A stretch of DNA of 64,000 nt from Amphiscolops sp. MND2022 (Eukaryota), in contig OZ076415.1 in the NCBI GenBank assembly GCA_964187785.1, positions 53,196,001-53,260,000 on the forward strand, read 5' to 3'. Below are positions 12,881 to 26,431 of the stretch, one piece after another (the stretch's first letter is position 1; every line of letters starts with the position of its first letter). Under the pieces are notes generated by a model. That model searched no databases. It was not told the DNA's origin and saw nothing but the letters and a program-made list of their open reading frames with translations. The translations under genes were made by a program, and so were the position numbers.

Positions 12881-13246
12881 CCGCCTCATAAGCTGGACAC
12901 AGCGACTTTTTCAATTACATGAACCAAGAATTTTCGCTACACAGCGTTCAGTTCTTCTACCTATAATTCATTGCTAGCTTTTCATCACGTAATAGAAGCA
13001 GTTTTCCCGTTCATTGAAAAAGGCATTGCTATTGAATTGCAAGACGCTCTCTACAAAGAGACAACTTTTGCCCAACAAAAACACGTGCAACGAGATAAAC
13101 GTCAGGTGCCCAAACGAAGATTATGGTCCCAATGCATCAAAAATAGGCCTCATTTACAAGTTCAAGCAGTAGCATAAAAGCTGCGACATTTTGAACGAAA
13201 CATTGGAAAAAAACAACATTCAAGGAACCATTTTTCGGAAGAGAAG

Positions 13247-13803
13247 TGTTGGAAACGAAGTTTTTGAAGCATGTCAAGAAACATCTTGAAAAAAATTTGA
13301 AACATGGTTTTCAATCAAAAGGAAAAAAGTTGGACCCGGAAAAGATTAAAACACACGTTGGAGCAACTACCTATGAAAATTTCTGCCAATGATGGGTGAA
13401 TAATTTCCTTTAGACTCTGCTTGATGCCCTATTTAATGAATATTGACTTTCTAGTACATCATAACTGCTACGATAGTAAATCAAATTTATCAAAGTTGAT
13501 TTCTTCATTGACAAAGCGTTGATATTATGTTGAATTTCACCAGTGTTTTACCGCAGTTTTCTGTCAATATTGTCTTGCCCAAGCAAATTGGCTTCTTGAA
13601 TCCGAGTATTATAAAACTTTGACAATTCTTTTTATATTAGGTGTTTTATCTCACAAACTGTGAGTGGTCCGTCGACAGAGAAGGTTCATTAATACACAAC
13701 AAATATTGAAAATTGAAGACATTGCTTGGTACATTACCGAGACTTGAAGGTTTGAAATTCAAACAAAAGCTCAATTTGAGTAATTTTAAAGAACTATTGT
13801 ACA
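13247..13803 (+). repeat. BEL-1 5' LTR (557 bp)
   Basis: TGTTGGAAACGAAG...TTGTACA; colinear with 19755-20314 but visibly diverged (old insertion). Confidence 0.85.
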
Positions 13804-13807
13804 TAAT

Positions 13808-13825
13808 TGGTCCTTATCGACCCGG
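13808..13825 (+). promoter_or_regulatory. BEL-1 primer-binding site
   Basis: TGGTCCTTATCGACCCGG 4 nt after the LTR end; resembles BEL-type PBS and the BEL-2 PBS. Confidence 0.75.
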
Positions 13826-14807
13826 ACACTGAAGTTCCAGCACACAATGTTTTTCTACAAAACTTCCATGGAAGAACAAAGCCTATCGAGAAACCCAGAT
13901 ACTGCAATATCAGCAAACTTTCGAGACTTTTTCATCGAAATTGTTGGTTCATGACGTTTTTATACGAAATTGATGGTTTATATCGTTGGCTCAATTTCAC
14001 TGAAGAACGCAATCGGAAATCTCACTTTAAAGATTAGCTTTTTTTTTCAAAATTCGTCACGGCAGTCTCATCATTGGGTCAAATTCTTAAAACGCTTCTA
14101 CAAAAAAGCTTTTTATCAGCGTCTCTCACCGCTTGGAACGAGGGTGCCTACGTCGGAAAACAAAAAAAGTGATTTGGCCCAACGTTCTCAATAACAGTCT
14201 CAACAAGTATAAGTCTAATTCTGATACTGGTCTTGAAGGAAGTCAACAGGCGTCAATTTTGCTAAAATACAAGGAAAAAATAGCAGCTATTGTCGACTGC
14301 CAAATGCCAAAAGTTTGGAGCGCCTCAAATCTTCGAAGTTTAACGTTCAACCAATATTGTCGTCATCAGAGTTACAAAAAACTTGATTTCGCGTCGTAGG
14401 CAACATGATAATTTCTCCTACATATATATTTGCAGCTTCATCAAGAAGGATTGCTGGAGATACGTTCCTTACAGCTTGTTTTAAGGTAATCCTTCTTTTT
14501 GGAAGTCCTCTCGTAGAATACAAGGCTGTCAAAGGAACGCGTTTCGCAGAAAAAACGGCAGTTCTTTGTGAAAAAAATTCTAAAACCTTTTAAGTTAGAC
14601 TTTATGCCCGTTTTGTCGTTGGAATTAGTGTAACCTACAGAATTGTACTCGTCGTAGGTTTATCTGATTCTGAACGTTGGCAGTAGATCTAGTGTAGCCT
14701 ACTGACGTGATTTCGTCATGGGCTTATCTACAACTACTGGAAAAGGTCTTTGCAGCTTATCAGTTGTTACATTTCAGTAAAAAGTAAAACAAACCAAGCT
14801 CATTTTG

Positions 14808-17800
14808 ATGGATGAGGATTCCGCTGCGGAAAAGTAAAACCTGAAGCAAAAAATTAAGGTACAAAGGTGGTCACAAAGGAGCATTTACGCGTCCAGAAAA
14901 CCTTTTAGATTTCGAATTTAAGCTCGAAACAGAAGACGATGCTAAACTTACGCCGTCGTAGATAATGCTACTGAGTTTGATAGATGCAGTGGCATTGCAA
15001 TTGCTAGATTATTCGACCTAATCAAAAATTACAAAAAAGGTAGAATTGAGTGATCTACAATTTTGCGGAGAAGTTCTTCCCCAAGGAGTGCCAGATGCAA
15101 ACTCCGCTGGCCGAAATTGAACTTGCCAATCTTCAGTGGATCGTATCCTGAATGGATATCATTCTTTGATCTTTTCAATGCGGCAGTGAACTCTAATACA
15201 CAATTGAGTGACTCTGAAAAACTCAATAATCTGCGCGCATGCTTAAAAGGCGATACTGCCAAATTGATTTGCTTGGTTTCAAAAACTGATGTCAAATACA
15301 CTATTGCCCTCGGGCTTACTGACCATAAGATTTACCAACAAACGTAGCATCGTACAAGCTCACCTCCAATCTATTTAGTCTCAACCCTCAATGAAGGTTG
15401 AATCTGCAAGCGGCCTAAGAAAACTATTGAAAGTCACAAATGAGCATCCTATATCCTTTAAAAAACGCGGGCAACGCACTGATCATTGGGACGCGCTCCT
15501 CGTGTTTTGGCTTTCGAAAAAAAAGGATCCTGAGTCTCGCAAGCAATGGCAACTTGAGCATCCAGGAATCGAACTTCTAACCTGGGTGGGATCGACTAGC
15601 ACAATTCCTCAATGCACGAAGTCGAGCACTAGAATCGAGTAGTTTCAAGCCAGTTTCCCAACAGGCAGGCATTCAAAATGCACGCGAGAGACAGTCGCAG
15701 GTTTATACAGCATCCGTATTGTGTAATGACGGATGCAATGAGGAACACAAGTCACACGAGTGTCAAAAATTCAAACGTCTCTCAATAGCGGAACGCCTAA
15801 CTGTTGTGAAAATCAAGCGTGAATGCTATATTTGTCTTCACCTTGGCCACAATGTCAATATTTGACAATTTTAAATGTAGAGAGTACAGACAAAAGCATC
15901 GTACATTTTTTGCACCGCCCTTCACAAGTGAGAACTACTTTCGTTGAGGTTGAAGAAACTTCTCAAGAAATTCATGCTACCTCAGTAGTGAAAAAAGCTT
16001 CAAGTATTCAGTTTAGAGCTGTCAGCTGTCAGTCAAAGGAAAACTGTTCTTTTATCAATTACATACGTGTTGATCAAGGATGCCGATGGTACTCCAGTGA
16101 CTCTCCGAGCCATGCTTGACTCTGGATATCAAGCTAGCTTTATTAGTGAAAGTAGAGTCAATGCATTGAAATTAAAGCTTCGTGCAAGTTCAATCAGTAT
16201 GACACCGTTTGGATCATCATCTTCACTAACAACGAAAGTAGTTTTGTTGACCATCATGGTAATGAAGTACATGTCGATCTCTATGTTGTTCCCAAGGTTT
16301 TGAATCTTGAGCCCCATCAGAAAGTTAAGATGCCAACACTGGAAAGCATCGAAAATCTCAAGCTAGCTGATCCAAACTTACATTCCCCAGGGCGAATTGA
16401 CTTCTTGCTCGGAGCAGATGTGTTGGAAGATGTGAAGAAAGCGGGAAAATTCAAAGAGAATGGGCTATCCATCCGAAATTCTATTTTTGGGTGGATAGTC
16501 TCTGGACCTGTTGATCAAAGTAATGAATGCATTTGGTTCACGTTGAGCATTTCGACCGTACATCGATGCGAAACGATGACGGAAGGTTCCTCGCTGTGGT
16601 GCCATTCAAATCTTGTGGACATACAATAGTATCAAGCGAAGCTATCGCAATGCGTAGGTTTCTTTATCTTGAGAACAAATTAAATAATGATATGTCACCA
16701 AAGGAACGATACTCTGCGTTTTTCCAAGAATTATTTGATCTTGAACTTTCAGAAAAAGTGCCGGATGATCAACTGGATAATTCTAGAAACTTGTATCTGC
16801 GGCATCAATGCGTGACAAAAAAAGACCTCTACAACAAAATTTCATGTTGTCTGTGATGCTAGTGCGAAATTTTACTCCCGGCAACTCGCTCAAGGATTGT
16901 TTATTAGTGGGACCACAATGTCAAGTTGACTTTTTCAACATTCTATTCAGGCTTTCAAAAGTGCAGTCAGCAGATGTGACGAAAATATATCGTCAGGTTG
17001 AACTCTCTCTTGAAGGTTGCGCTTTCCACAGAATTTCATGGTGCAAGAATTCGAGAGTCCAAGAATGAACCACTTTTGGCGTATCGAATGACTCGAGTAA
17101 CCTATGGTGTTGTAAGTTCTTCCTTTCATGCAATCCTATCACTTTCAGGTCATGCCAAATTTTTGAACACACCTGAAATTGCGAACGAAGCCATTGAACG
17201 CGACCTCTATGTCGGTGATATCCTAAATAGTGCAAAAAATTTGGAAGAGACGAAAATAATGCAGACCGGTCTCATTGAGACCACAAAGCGTGGACAATAT
17301 GATGTTCGTAAATGGGCATGAAGTGATGCTGCGTTCTCCAAGTGAGTATCGCGAGGCAAACGAAAACTTTCAATTCTTGAATGGGAAAGATGCCATCAAG
17401 ACACCTGGCATCGTATGGTGGAGTCCCATCAAAGACAACTTCAAATTCGACCAGTTGGTTATAACCAAAATTCTTACCGAACGACAAATCTTGAGTGATA
17501 TTGCAAAAGTCTTTGACCCTTGGTTGGCTTTCGCCAGTCATAATGCAATTGAAGCAGTTATTGCAAGAAGTCTGGAAATGCAGAACGGACTCGGAAGCTA
17601 TGTTGCCTTCTGAAATTTCAAAGTTTTTTAGCAAATGGAGGTCAAAACTGATATTTCTAGAGAAATCGCGATTGATCGCTCTTTGTAATGAACAACTTGA
17701 TAAGGTGAGTATACACCTCCTTTTGATGCCTCGGAAAAGGCTACGCGGCCTGTGTTTATGTTGTCTCTTGTAAGACACAAGGAAACATAAAATCTAGCTT

Positions 17801-19640
17801 CCTGACTAGTAAATCAAAAGTTTCCCCGTTGAAAATTTAACCCATTCCTCGACTCGAATTGTTCGGTGCACTCTTAGGGTTGAATCTTCCGGACGCTGTA
17901 TCTAAAGATCTCTCAAAGCTGAAAATGAAAATTCAGTCAGAAAAGTCATGGACAGACTCCACAATTGTTTTAGCTAGGTTTTTGAAGGAACCTAGCCAAT
18001 GGTCTATTTTCGTGGCGATTACGATTTCTAAGATTCAGGAACATGCGGATGTTTCTTGGCGACAAGTGCCAAATGAAGCTAACGCAGCTGATGCCACATC
18101 CAGAGGAATTGATCCTCATGCGCTGAGAGATCATTCGCTTTGGTGATGTGGTCCTCAGTGGTTGGTCACAAACAAGTTTCCAGGACAGTGTCAGTTGTGC
18201 GAGACAAAAGAAGAACTGAAACGTTCAGATCATAAGGAAACGCAGAATAACCCTGATCAAACGGAGTCAAGGTGTGCGTAGATTTCCTTCGGGTAATTGC
18301 TGAGAATTGATGCAACTGTTAAACGAGCACTTTCCCGGTTCAAAGGAGAGGATAAAAAGATTCCAAGTGATATAACATCTGATGAAAAGACTGAAGCTCT
18401 GTGCTTTTTACGACGACAGGAACAAGGATTCTTCTACAAGGATGAGGAGGTATCCACTTTGAAGACTGAAAGCCAAGTGGACAAATCCAGTGAGATTTTA
18501 AAGCTCTATCCATTTTATAAAGAAGACATTTTGTGTGTGGATGGACGTCTTGTTCATGCGAACTTGCCCGATGGCGCAAAGTACCAAAGAATTGTTCCCC
18601 CTGACAGTCAACTTGCTCGACTAATAATCGCGTAACGCCCATGAAAAAACCCTGCATCGAGGCGCCAACCAAGTTCTGGCACAAATCCGATCAAAGTTTT
18701 GGATCCCAGCCAGTCGTGGTAAAATCAGAAAGTTTACCTTTGTGTGAAATGTAGTCGGTGTTCAACGAAAGCCACTATCCCCTAATGGGTTACCTTCCCG
18801 AATCTCGCATAGATTAGCCCACGAAAGCATTTGAAGTTGTGAGAATAAACTTTGTAGGTCCCTTCGCTTGTAAGGGAACTCATAACAAATCAAAAAAGGC
18901 AGATTTCGATCTTTTCGTCTGCATCGCTAGTCGAGCAGTGTACCTCGGAGCAGTTTCTAATTTACCAACACTAGATTGTATTGCTGCTCTACGTCGCTTG
19001 ACTGCCAGGTGAGGATGCCAAGCTATGGTTTACACCGACAAGGGGTCAAATTTCGGAGGAAAAAAACTGAAACTGAACCGTGGCAGAATATTCTGAAAAT
19101 TGAGTGTGCAGGGTCCTTTCAAGCTGGAGCTGCCTACTTGCAAATGAAGTGGAATCTGATACAGACACGTTTCGGAGGGCTCTGGAAGACATCAATAAAA
19201 ATTTCCAAGTACCATTTGAGGAGAGTTATGGAGAACCATGTGCTCACTTTCTCGGAATTAACATCATTGTTCTTGCTAAATCGAATGGGTCTTCAACTCA
19301 AGACCAATAGGCGTCGTGTCAGAAAGTCCAAAGTACCCCCAAACGTTTAACACCGGTGCATCTTTGTTGTGGTGGCATCTTTGTTGTGGTGGAGTAGGTT
19401 TCTCCGTTGCAAGAACGTCTAAAATAAAAAATGAATATGAAAATTCAAAAATCGGTGATCTTGTATATTTGCCGATGATAATGTTGCTCCTCTCCATGGC
19501 CCCTCGTTTGATTAACGTATGTATATAGCGGACCCAAGAAGTTTGTTCGCGTTGTAAATGTGAAAACGACGAAAGGTATTTTCAACAGACGAGTCGCCAA
19601 ACTACGAAAATTTCCTTTGCTGAATGACAGTTTGGAATAG
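14808..19640 (+). pseudogene. BEL-1 gag-pol, heavily disrupted
   Basis: KLNLPIFSGSYPEWISFFDLF (BEL gag/DUF1759), LRAMLDSG (protease), MTRVTYGV and DLYVGDIL (RT), PRLELFGALL (RNase H), integrase fragments; many stops and frameshifts. Confidence 0.9.
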
Positions 19641-19754
19641 ATCTCAGACACTTTGCAGCTGTGTTACGTTTGTTTTGGAACTGTCCCTGAAGTATTAGCA
19701 ATTGTCAAAAATAATTCCTGCTTGATTTACTCGGCGAAATCGAGGTGGGCGGTA

Positions 19755-20314
19755 TGGTGGAAACGAAATTTTTGAAGCATGTAAAGAAACGTTTTGTATG
19801 AAAGTTTGAATCGTGGTTTCCGATCAAATGGAAGAAAATTGAACGCGGAATCAGTTAAAAACAATTTGGAGCAACTACATATGAAACTTTCTGCTGACAA
19901 TGGTTAAATGATATTAATTTAGACTCTGCTTGATTACCCTATTTAATGAATTTTGACTTTCTAGAACATCTTAACTGCTACGCGCTGCAGGGCAGCCAAT
20001 CAAATTTAAATACATTGAATTCTTCATTGACAAAACGTTGATATTCTGTTGAAAATCTCCGGTGTTTTACCGCAGTTTTCTGTCAATATTGTCTTGCCCA
20101 ATCCAAATTGGCCTCTTGAATCCGACTATTACAATATTTGGACAATTCTTTTTATTATATTTGTTTTATCTCACAAATTGTGAGTGGTCCGTCGACAGAG
20201 AAGGTTCGGTAATTCTAGAATATAACATTTGAAGACATTGCTGGGTACATTACCCCAGACTTGAATGTCTGAAGTTCCAACAAAATTTGAGCAATTCCAA
20301 ACAACTTTTGAACA
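19755..20314 (+). repeat. BEL-1 3' LTR (560 bp)
   Basis: Begins TGGTGGAAACG directly after the PPT; ends TTGAACA before TSD AGAGG. Confidence 0.85.
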
Positions 20315-21359
20315 AGAGGATTAGGGGCTCCAAACATGCCAGGAAGGCAATGAAAAAGCGACTCTGATTTTTTACCTGAAGAACTGCAAGAAGCAATCAA
20401 ATCTGGATAAATTTTCAGTTTGGAAGAAAAACACTTTCTTCACAAAGAATTTTTCAGTTTGATAGGCAGAAATCCAAAACACTTTCGAGGAACAACATTG
20501 AAAAGCGTAGTGCTGGGTGAAACAACATTTCTTTGACCATTATATGTCATGCAGAGTTACAAAAGCTTGAGTCACATCCAGCATCTTTTGGTGTTTTCCT
20601 TTTGACTATCATTGATAAAATGTTTTGACATTCTTTTCCTGAGTTAGAATGATGTTTACTCGACTTTTTTCTATGTTTCGTTTCATTCAATAAAAAGATA
20701 ACTGTTCCCTACCATGAAACTGTATTGCCATATATGGAGTGATTGTTCTTAAACCAATATTCTACATCAAAAATGAACATATGTCTGAATAATTCATCAA
20801 AGTTTGTGTCACTGTTTCTGACAGGGGTGTTCAATATATAATGGCAATATGTATTGGAAGAAAAAACACAAATGACAGTATATATTTTTTTGCGAATTGA
20901 ACAATAGTTTGATGCAATTTTTGCGATGTTTTGCGAGACAATTCAACATTTCATAAAAGAACTCATTTTTGGTTCAAGAAAAGCTTCTCTTCCAAGTCAA
21001 CTACCATTAGCGTTTGCCTCAAATCATTTCTAGCAAAGTGAACTTAAAAATGCTCTAGAATCTTGCAAGTTTGGAGGATCAATCAAAGACAAAATACTTG
21101 CATCGTCATTAGTTTCAACACGTATCTCATCATTATCAATTGGCATTTTGGTTTACCAAGCTGTTGGTTCTTCAGTTAATTGTTCATCTTCGCGATTATC
21201 CAGAATGTAATGACAAGGGTTGTCAAAATCGAAAACTTGACAATACGTCACTGTATCACTCTCGTATGTAACGAACGTTAGCGGATCTAACGTCAGATCT
21301 AACAGGTTGGGTTCTTTCTCGATGTTTCTTCCAGTAGCAATTGGGCTCCAAAATCTCAA
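20315..21359 (-). pseudogene. Unidentified degenerate coding sequence, apparently interrupted by BEL-1
   Basis: Long near-open minus frames (DLTLDPLTFVTYESD..., YILNTPVRNSDTNFDELFRHMFIFDVEYWFKNNHSIYG...) with scattered stops. Confidence 0.35.
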
Positions 21360-22133
21360 ATTCTCCCTCTGTAAGGCCTTAGTTACTGCCTCGGAAGTTC
21401 GAAGTCATCTATCTCTTCAGCGTTAGGAAAAAATCAAACAAACTTCTCATTTTGCAGAGACTTTAGTGCTGACTCCAATTCAAAAAAGTAGTAGTAGAAG
21501 ACTTAATTCCAAGATTATGGAGTTATAAAATACGTACATGTTATGAATAAAACGAAAAACCGAAAGATTATGAGCGACAAAACGAACACTAGCATTTTAT
21601 ATATAAACAGTGAACAGGAGTTCGAGATATCAAAGTTTGAGATCTTTGATAGAAGAAAGTTACGTAGCACCAGTTTTAAATGTTGAAGCGACATTCTAAA
21701 ATCGAGCACTTTTAGACTAATGAGAGCCTAATTGTTGTGATAAACTTATTAAATAGGCCTTTCCCTTTCTCTTTCACAAACTTGATTTGTTTCATATCCT
21801 TATGCGCGCTGGGCCTGGACAAATTCTGCTTACAGTCGAAAAGTCCCAGCATCCCAGCCGTAGGTGAGCAGAACCTGGGCAGCTTCTGAGCTTGTATCAC
21901 TAACTAAAGGTACGGTGAGGCACAAGAAGGAGAGGAACCTGCAACCAACCGCCCCAAGCATCCCCCTACCAGGTTGTACCTCTCCTGTTTTCTATCATTA
22001 TAACTTTGATTGAACTTGAATTTTTACCTAAGGTATTTAAGAAAAAAAGATGTCATCATTTTTAATCATTTTTTAACGCTGAAGTTGTCCTTCAAATGCG
22101 CTTCGGATACTGCTTCAATCCTGTTTTAGAACC

Positions 22134-22667
22134 ATGTGCCGATTTAAACCAGGAAGACTACACCCAAGAACGACAAATTTAGTTATCGGAACCTCTAGAA
22201 CCAAATACATCAAAGTCAACTAAGTCGGCGCCGCAGTACACTCCTACAGAGGCGCGAACTTGAGTGAATTGAGCCATATAATTGAAAGATACCCGCAACA
22301 GCAATTGAATACTGTCATTGTAATAGCTGGCTTCGACGACCACCGAAAATCCCCAGCCATTTTTGTTGAAAATTGGAAGTATATTATTCAGCTTATCTAA
22401 TGGAAATTCAACCCTTCAACGGTCATAATCCCTAAGACAATTGCAACCGCTAACGATTCAATCACCAATCGACGAATCTATTGGCTGAACTTCGGTCTAT
22501 ACAAGCTTTTAGGCTCACTGAATCTACCCATTGTGTCCCCAAATTTCAATCCTGATTTTAAAACCAATATATTCTACCGTGACTTTTCCTTCTTTGGCAA
22601 TCATATTTTCACCCGCATTCTTTCCTTCTATATTTCTTATTATAGTTGTAACCTTACTCATATGTAA
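22134..22667 (+). pseudogene. SGNH/GDSL esterase-like ORF upstream of the CRE RT ORF (2 in-frame stops)
   Basis: One frame: NLVIGTSRTKYI (block I), VHSYRGANLSEL (II), VIVIAGFDDH (III), FYRDFSFFGN (block V with the DxxH segment missing). Confidence 0.65.
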
Positions 22668-22715
22668 ATAAATGAAGTGTATATATAACTGACCTGACAA
22701 CCTTCCCTCAAATCC

Positions 22716-25696
22716 ATGGCAGATCAAACGCATTGTAAAAAATGCAACGGGCATCTGAAAGGGGGACGTGTATGGTGCAACGAGTGCGGATACCTTCTTA
22801 TACGATGCAGTAGTCTTGCATCCGGACGAGACTACTACCCGGGCTTCATCAGTCAAACCTGCAATCCTGCCGCCGCCCCGCAAGATGACACCAACCCACC
22901 GCCCGCAGTGACACCACAAGTCGCTCCGCTTACAACTGCCGAAACAAATCAAAACGACTCTGACACTTCCCCCAATGTCACTCCGCCCACACCCGGCGAC
23001 TTTTGGAGGAAAATAACATCAACACATACTAACTTTATCAAATACTGCTATTCTGAAATAGTCCACTGGAAGCCACAATTTGTCACTCTCAGCAAAAACA
23101 AAACCGGGCATTGCTTCATCGAAAGCCTCAGCATTATCTTCAACGAAGTAGCAGAAAAATCGCAAAACTCGAATGTGGCACTCAACTACGCGATGGTAAT
23201 GCCCCGTTTAGTTCTGACCCGCACGAAAGAGAACCGTGAAACACCCACCGGAAAAACCATTCAAAGACGAATGAAAGCATGGCTTAGCTGCAAATTCGAG
23301 GCGCTGCAGCTACGCATCCCAAAGGTGCGGAAAACCCAGAACTTTGACGCAATGAAAAGTTTTGACATCCAAATGTCAACCGGGAAAATCTCGAATGCAT
23401 TGCGATGTCTGGATGAGTCTCAGAAAAGCAACGTCCTTTCGCTGCAAGAAAAAGTGGGAAAGAAAACCGTTATGCAAGTCTTTCAGGAGAAACACCCAAA
23501 ACCGATGAAATCAGAAGACAGCTACGTCACTAACGAAATCGTCGACACCCTCGAACACCATTACAGTATTTTTGGCAAAATCAACGCCTCGACACTCCGA
23601 AAAACAGCCATGGTATCGCAAGGTAGTCACTGACCATCCGGCGTCGACGCCAACGACTGGCGCAGGTGGCTTTCACATTTCGGTCAAGCCTCTCCGAACA
23701 TCTGCAAGGCTCTGGCTGCAATTGCCCAGAGGCTAGCAACAGAACAAAAGCACGATCTAACCTCCTACAACGCATGTCGTCTCATACCGCTTGACAAAAA
23801 CGCAGGCGTCAGACAAATCGGAGTGGGCGAAGTCATCAGACGCATAATTGGGAGAAACATTCTTCGATGTATCGGAAACGATCTCAAGCTTTTGGGCCAG
23901 AATAGGCAACTCTGCCTTCGTTCAAAATGTGGCATAGAACACGCCATTCATAGTCTACGTGAGAAGTTCGAGCAGCCAGAGACAGAAGGGCTTCTCCTCA
24001 TTGACGCCAAAAACGCGTTCAATAGTCTAAACAGGGCTCTGGCACTGAAAATATTCAGATAATTTGTCCATCCATCATAACGGCGCTCCGAAACTCATAT
24101 GGTGCACCTTCAAACCTTTACGTGAATGGGAAACCCTCTTGTCCATGTATGGCATTGCATTACTACCGTTAATGGACCTCGTGAACGAAGAAGGAGTGCT
24201 TCAAAAATGGTATGCTGACGCTGGCAATGCAGCCGGTAGCATCGAATCGCTCCGAAATCTCTTCGAAAAGTTGAAGCTCCATGGTCCCGCATTCGGATAT
24301 AACGTCACTAATTGCCACCTCATCACGAAAGATTCCTCCCTGGACAAAGCAAAAGACCTCTTTAAAGACGAGAATGTTGAACTGGTGGGAGGACATTGCA
24401 TACTGGGTTCCGATATTGGATTGTCCGAGGCCTGTCACGCTTTCCAGTCCTCTAAACTCACCGAGTACGCGGACATTGTAAACAGACTTGCGTCACATGC
24501 GAAAAAGTCACCACAGAATGTCTATCATGCATTTACAAAAGGTGTTCATCACAAACTCACCTTCCTGTCAAGAACAACACCTAACATGGAAAACACACTA
24601 CAAAACACCGAATCTCTCTTAACGACGAAACTGATCCCGAACGTCACCGGCCGTGGTCAGCCATCTGTAACAGAACGCCGTCTTTTCGCTTTACCGCTCA
24701 GCAAAGGTGGGCTGAATATCTTTTCACCCGAAGACAGGAGAAACGATCTGCAGTGGTCAAAAGCCGTTACCTCGCATCTAGATGAAGAGAATCTAACCAC
24801 CGCGGAAGCTAAGCAACATGCAACAGTAAACATGATAAAGAAACAGAAGCAAGAAATTCAAAAATTGAAGCTTGAAGCAGTCAATGCAACTTGAATGACA
24901 AACAATGACACGCAGCTACACTTGTTTCGGAAAAAGGGGCATCCAGCTGGCTAGCAGCCCTCCAACTGAAACGGTATGGTTTCACTCTTACGAAGTCTGA
25001 ATTGCGGGGCGGTCTTGCGCTGCGCTACGATTGAGAGCCAAAGAACTTACCTGCCAAATGCCCATGTGGTGAACCCTTAACCGTTGCCCATTCCCTACAC
25101 TGCGGAAAAGGAGGCTACACCCACATGAGACTTGACGAAATACGTGATACGTTCGCAAAGATAATGAAAGACGTTTGCTTCGACGTCGAGGTGGAGCCGA
25201 AACTTCAGAGGTTAGGAGGGGAATCCTTCGTACATAAATCAACCTGCGTTGAAGATGAAGCTCATCTCGATATCAGAGCCAATAGACTCTGGGATTCCCG
25301 ATTCTCCAGAACGTATTTTGACGTCAAAATGTTTAATTCGCTGGCAAGTCATGTCCTAAAGAAGTAAAATAAGCATTTAAATATCATGAGTTTTTGAAAA
25401 AACTGAAGTACGAACAGAGAATCCTTGATGTGGAAAACAGCTCATTCAATCCTATCGCGTTCGCGTTTTCAGGAGGCGCAGGTTCTTCAGCCTCGAACGT
25501 TATGTCCCGACTTGCCCTGAAGATCAGCGGAAAAGGACATGACAGCTACTCGGACGCCATAGGATACATCAAGACGCAAATTAGCTTCGCTTTGCTACGC
25601 AGTTCGGTGCTATGCCTTAGAGGGTCTCGATCTACTCGCCGTCAAACCGACAAATCATCTATCTCTGCAATGGTTGAAGAGGGAAGGTTGTCGTGA
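22716..25696 (+). mobile_element. Degenerate CRE-clade non-LTR retrotransposon: PHD-like finger, RT, CCHC, restriction-like endonuclease
   Basis: N-terminal CxxC...WCNECG...RC; RT motifs RLIPLDK, LLIDAKNAFNSLNR, WYADA, GPAFGY; CPCG...HSLHCGKGG; EVEP...LDIRA...YFDV; terminal ISFALLRS...CLRGSR; AATAAA near 25730. Stops, frameshifts and loss of the QGDP segment near 24135. Confidence 0.9.
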
Positions 25697-26431
25697 CTTA
25701 CCTCGACGATCCTAATTTGGTGATTCTTGCAATAAATTTATAGTTGATGTTTTAAAATTTTTGATACGATGACCTGATTTATAAATTTTTTCTCCAGTAT
25801 ACCAACAATTAGCTTGCTGCTCTTTCTCACTGTTAACGTTGTGAAAATTTGAAACCGGTGCAATTTATTAAACAATGTTGGCCATTTGTGTTGACTGTGA
25901 TCGTGGTTGTGTGGTGTGATCTGTTTTTTTTTACTATTTGCTTGAATTTTATTCAATACCTTTTTCACATATTTTGGTATTGAATGAATTTGTTGACTTG
26001 TTGTTTGGTGGAATTTTCTCGTGTAATCAGGTCACTCTCAACTGAGTATTTTTTGTCAAAAAATGAGAGCATTTGCTGTTCTAGTAGATCTGACAAAGAA
26101 GTTACTTTCAGAGCCAACTTTTTTGGTTTTTGGAACATCAAAAAACCCAAGCGTGGATGATCTTTTGTGCAGATCTTGAATGCAGTTTTTTGAAGCAGCG
26201 GATTTCAATGGCTCTTCAGATCGGCAATGCAGCCTGTGTTCTAGGAGGTGATTTCCCATAGCTCCGAATATTCATAGCTCCGAAAACAAAATCGAGTGCC
26301 ATACTTCCGAAAATTAATTTGTTACATAAAATAAGCAACTCAAGCAGAGAATGAAAATTCAACTAATGCTCTCGTTCCGGTGCGCCCTAAATTTTAAAAA
26401 TCCTAAAACCGCCACTGATTATTAGGTCAAA

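Larger units (their letters stand above)
13247..20314 (+). mobile_element. Full-length degenerate BEL/Pao LTR retrotransposon (BEL-1)
   Basis: Two related LTRs (TG...CA), near-perfect 5-bp TSD AGAAG/AGAGG, PBS, PPT GAGGTGGGCGGTA (19742-19754), and gag-PR-RT-RH-IN remnants homologous to 29570-34787. Confidence 0.9.

Noticed and set aside
14350-14385. Similarity to 20545-20570 (CAGAGTTACAAAA)
   Set aside because: Does not extend; compatible with chance.
22524-22952. 142-aa minus ORF; likewise 34106-34492, 32483-32833 and 51678-52019
   Set aside because: Antisense to recognised TE coding frames.
21700-26240. SL-RNA or microsatellite target site and TSD for the CRE element
   Set aside because: None recognisable in the flanks.
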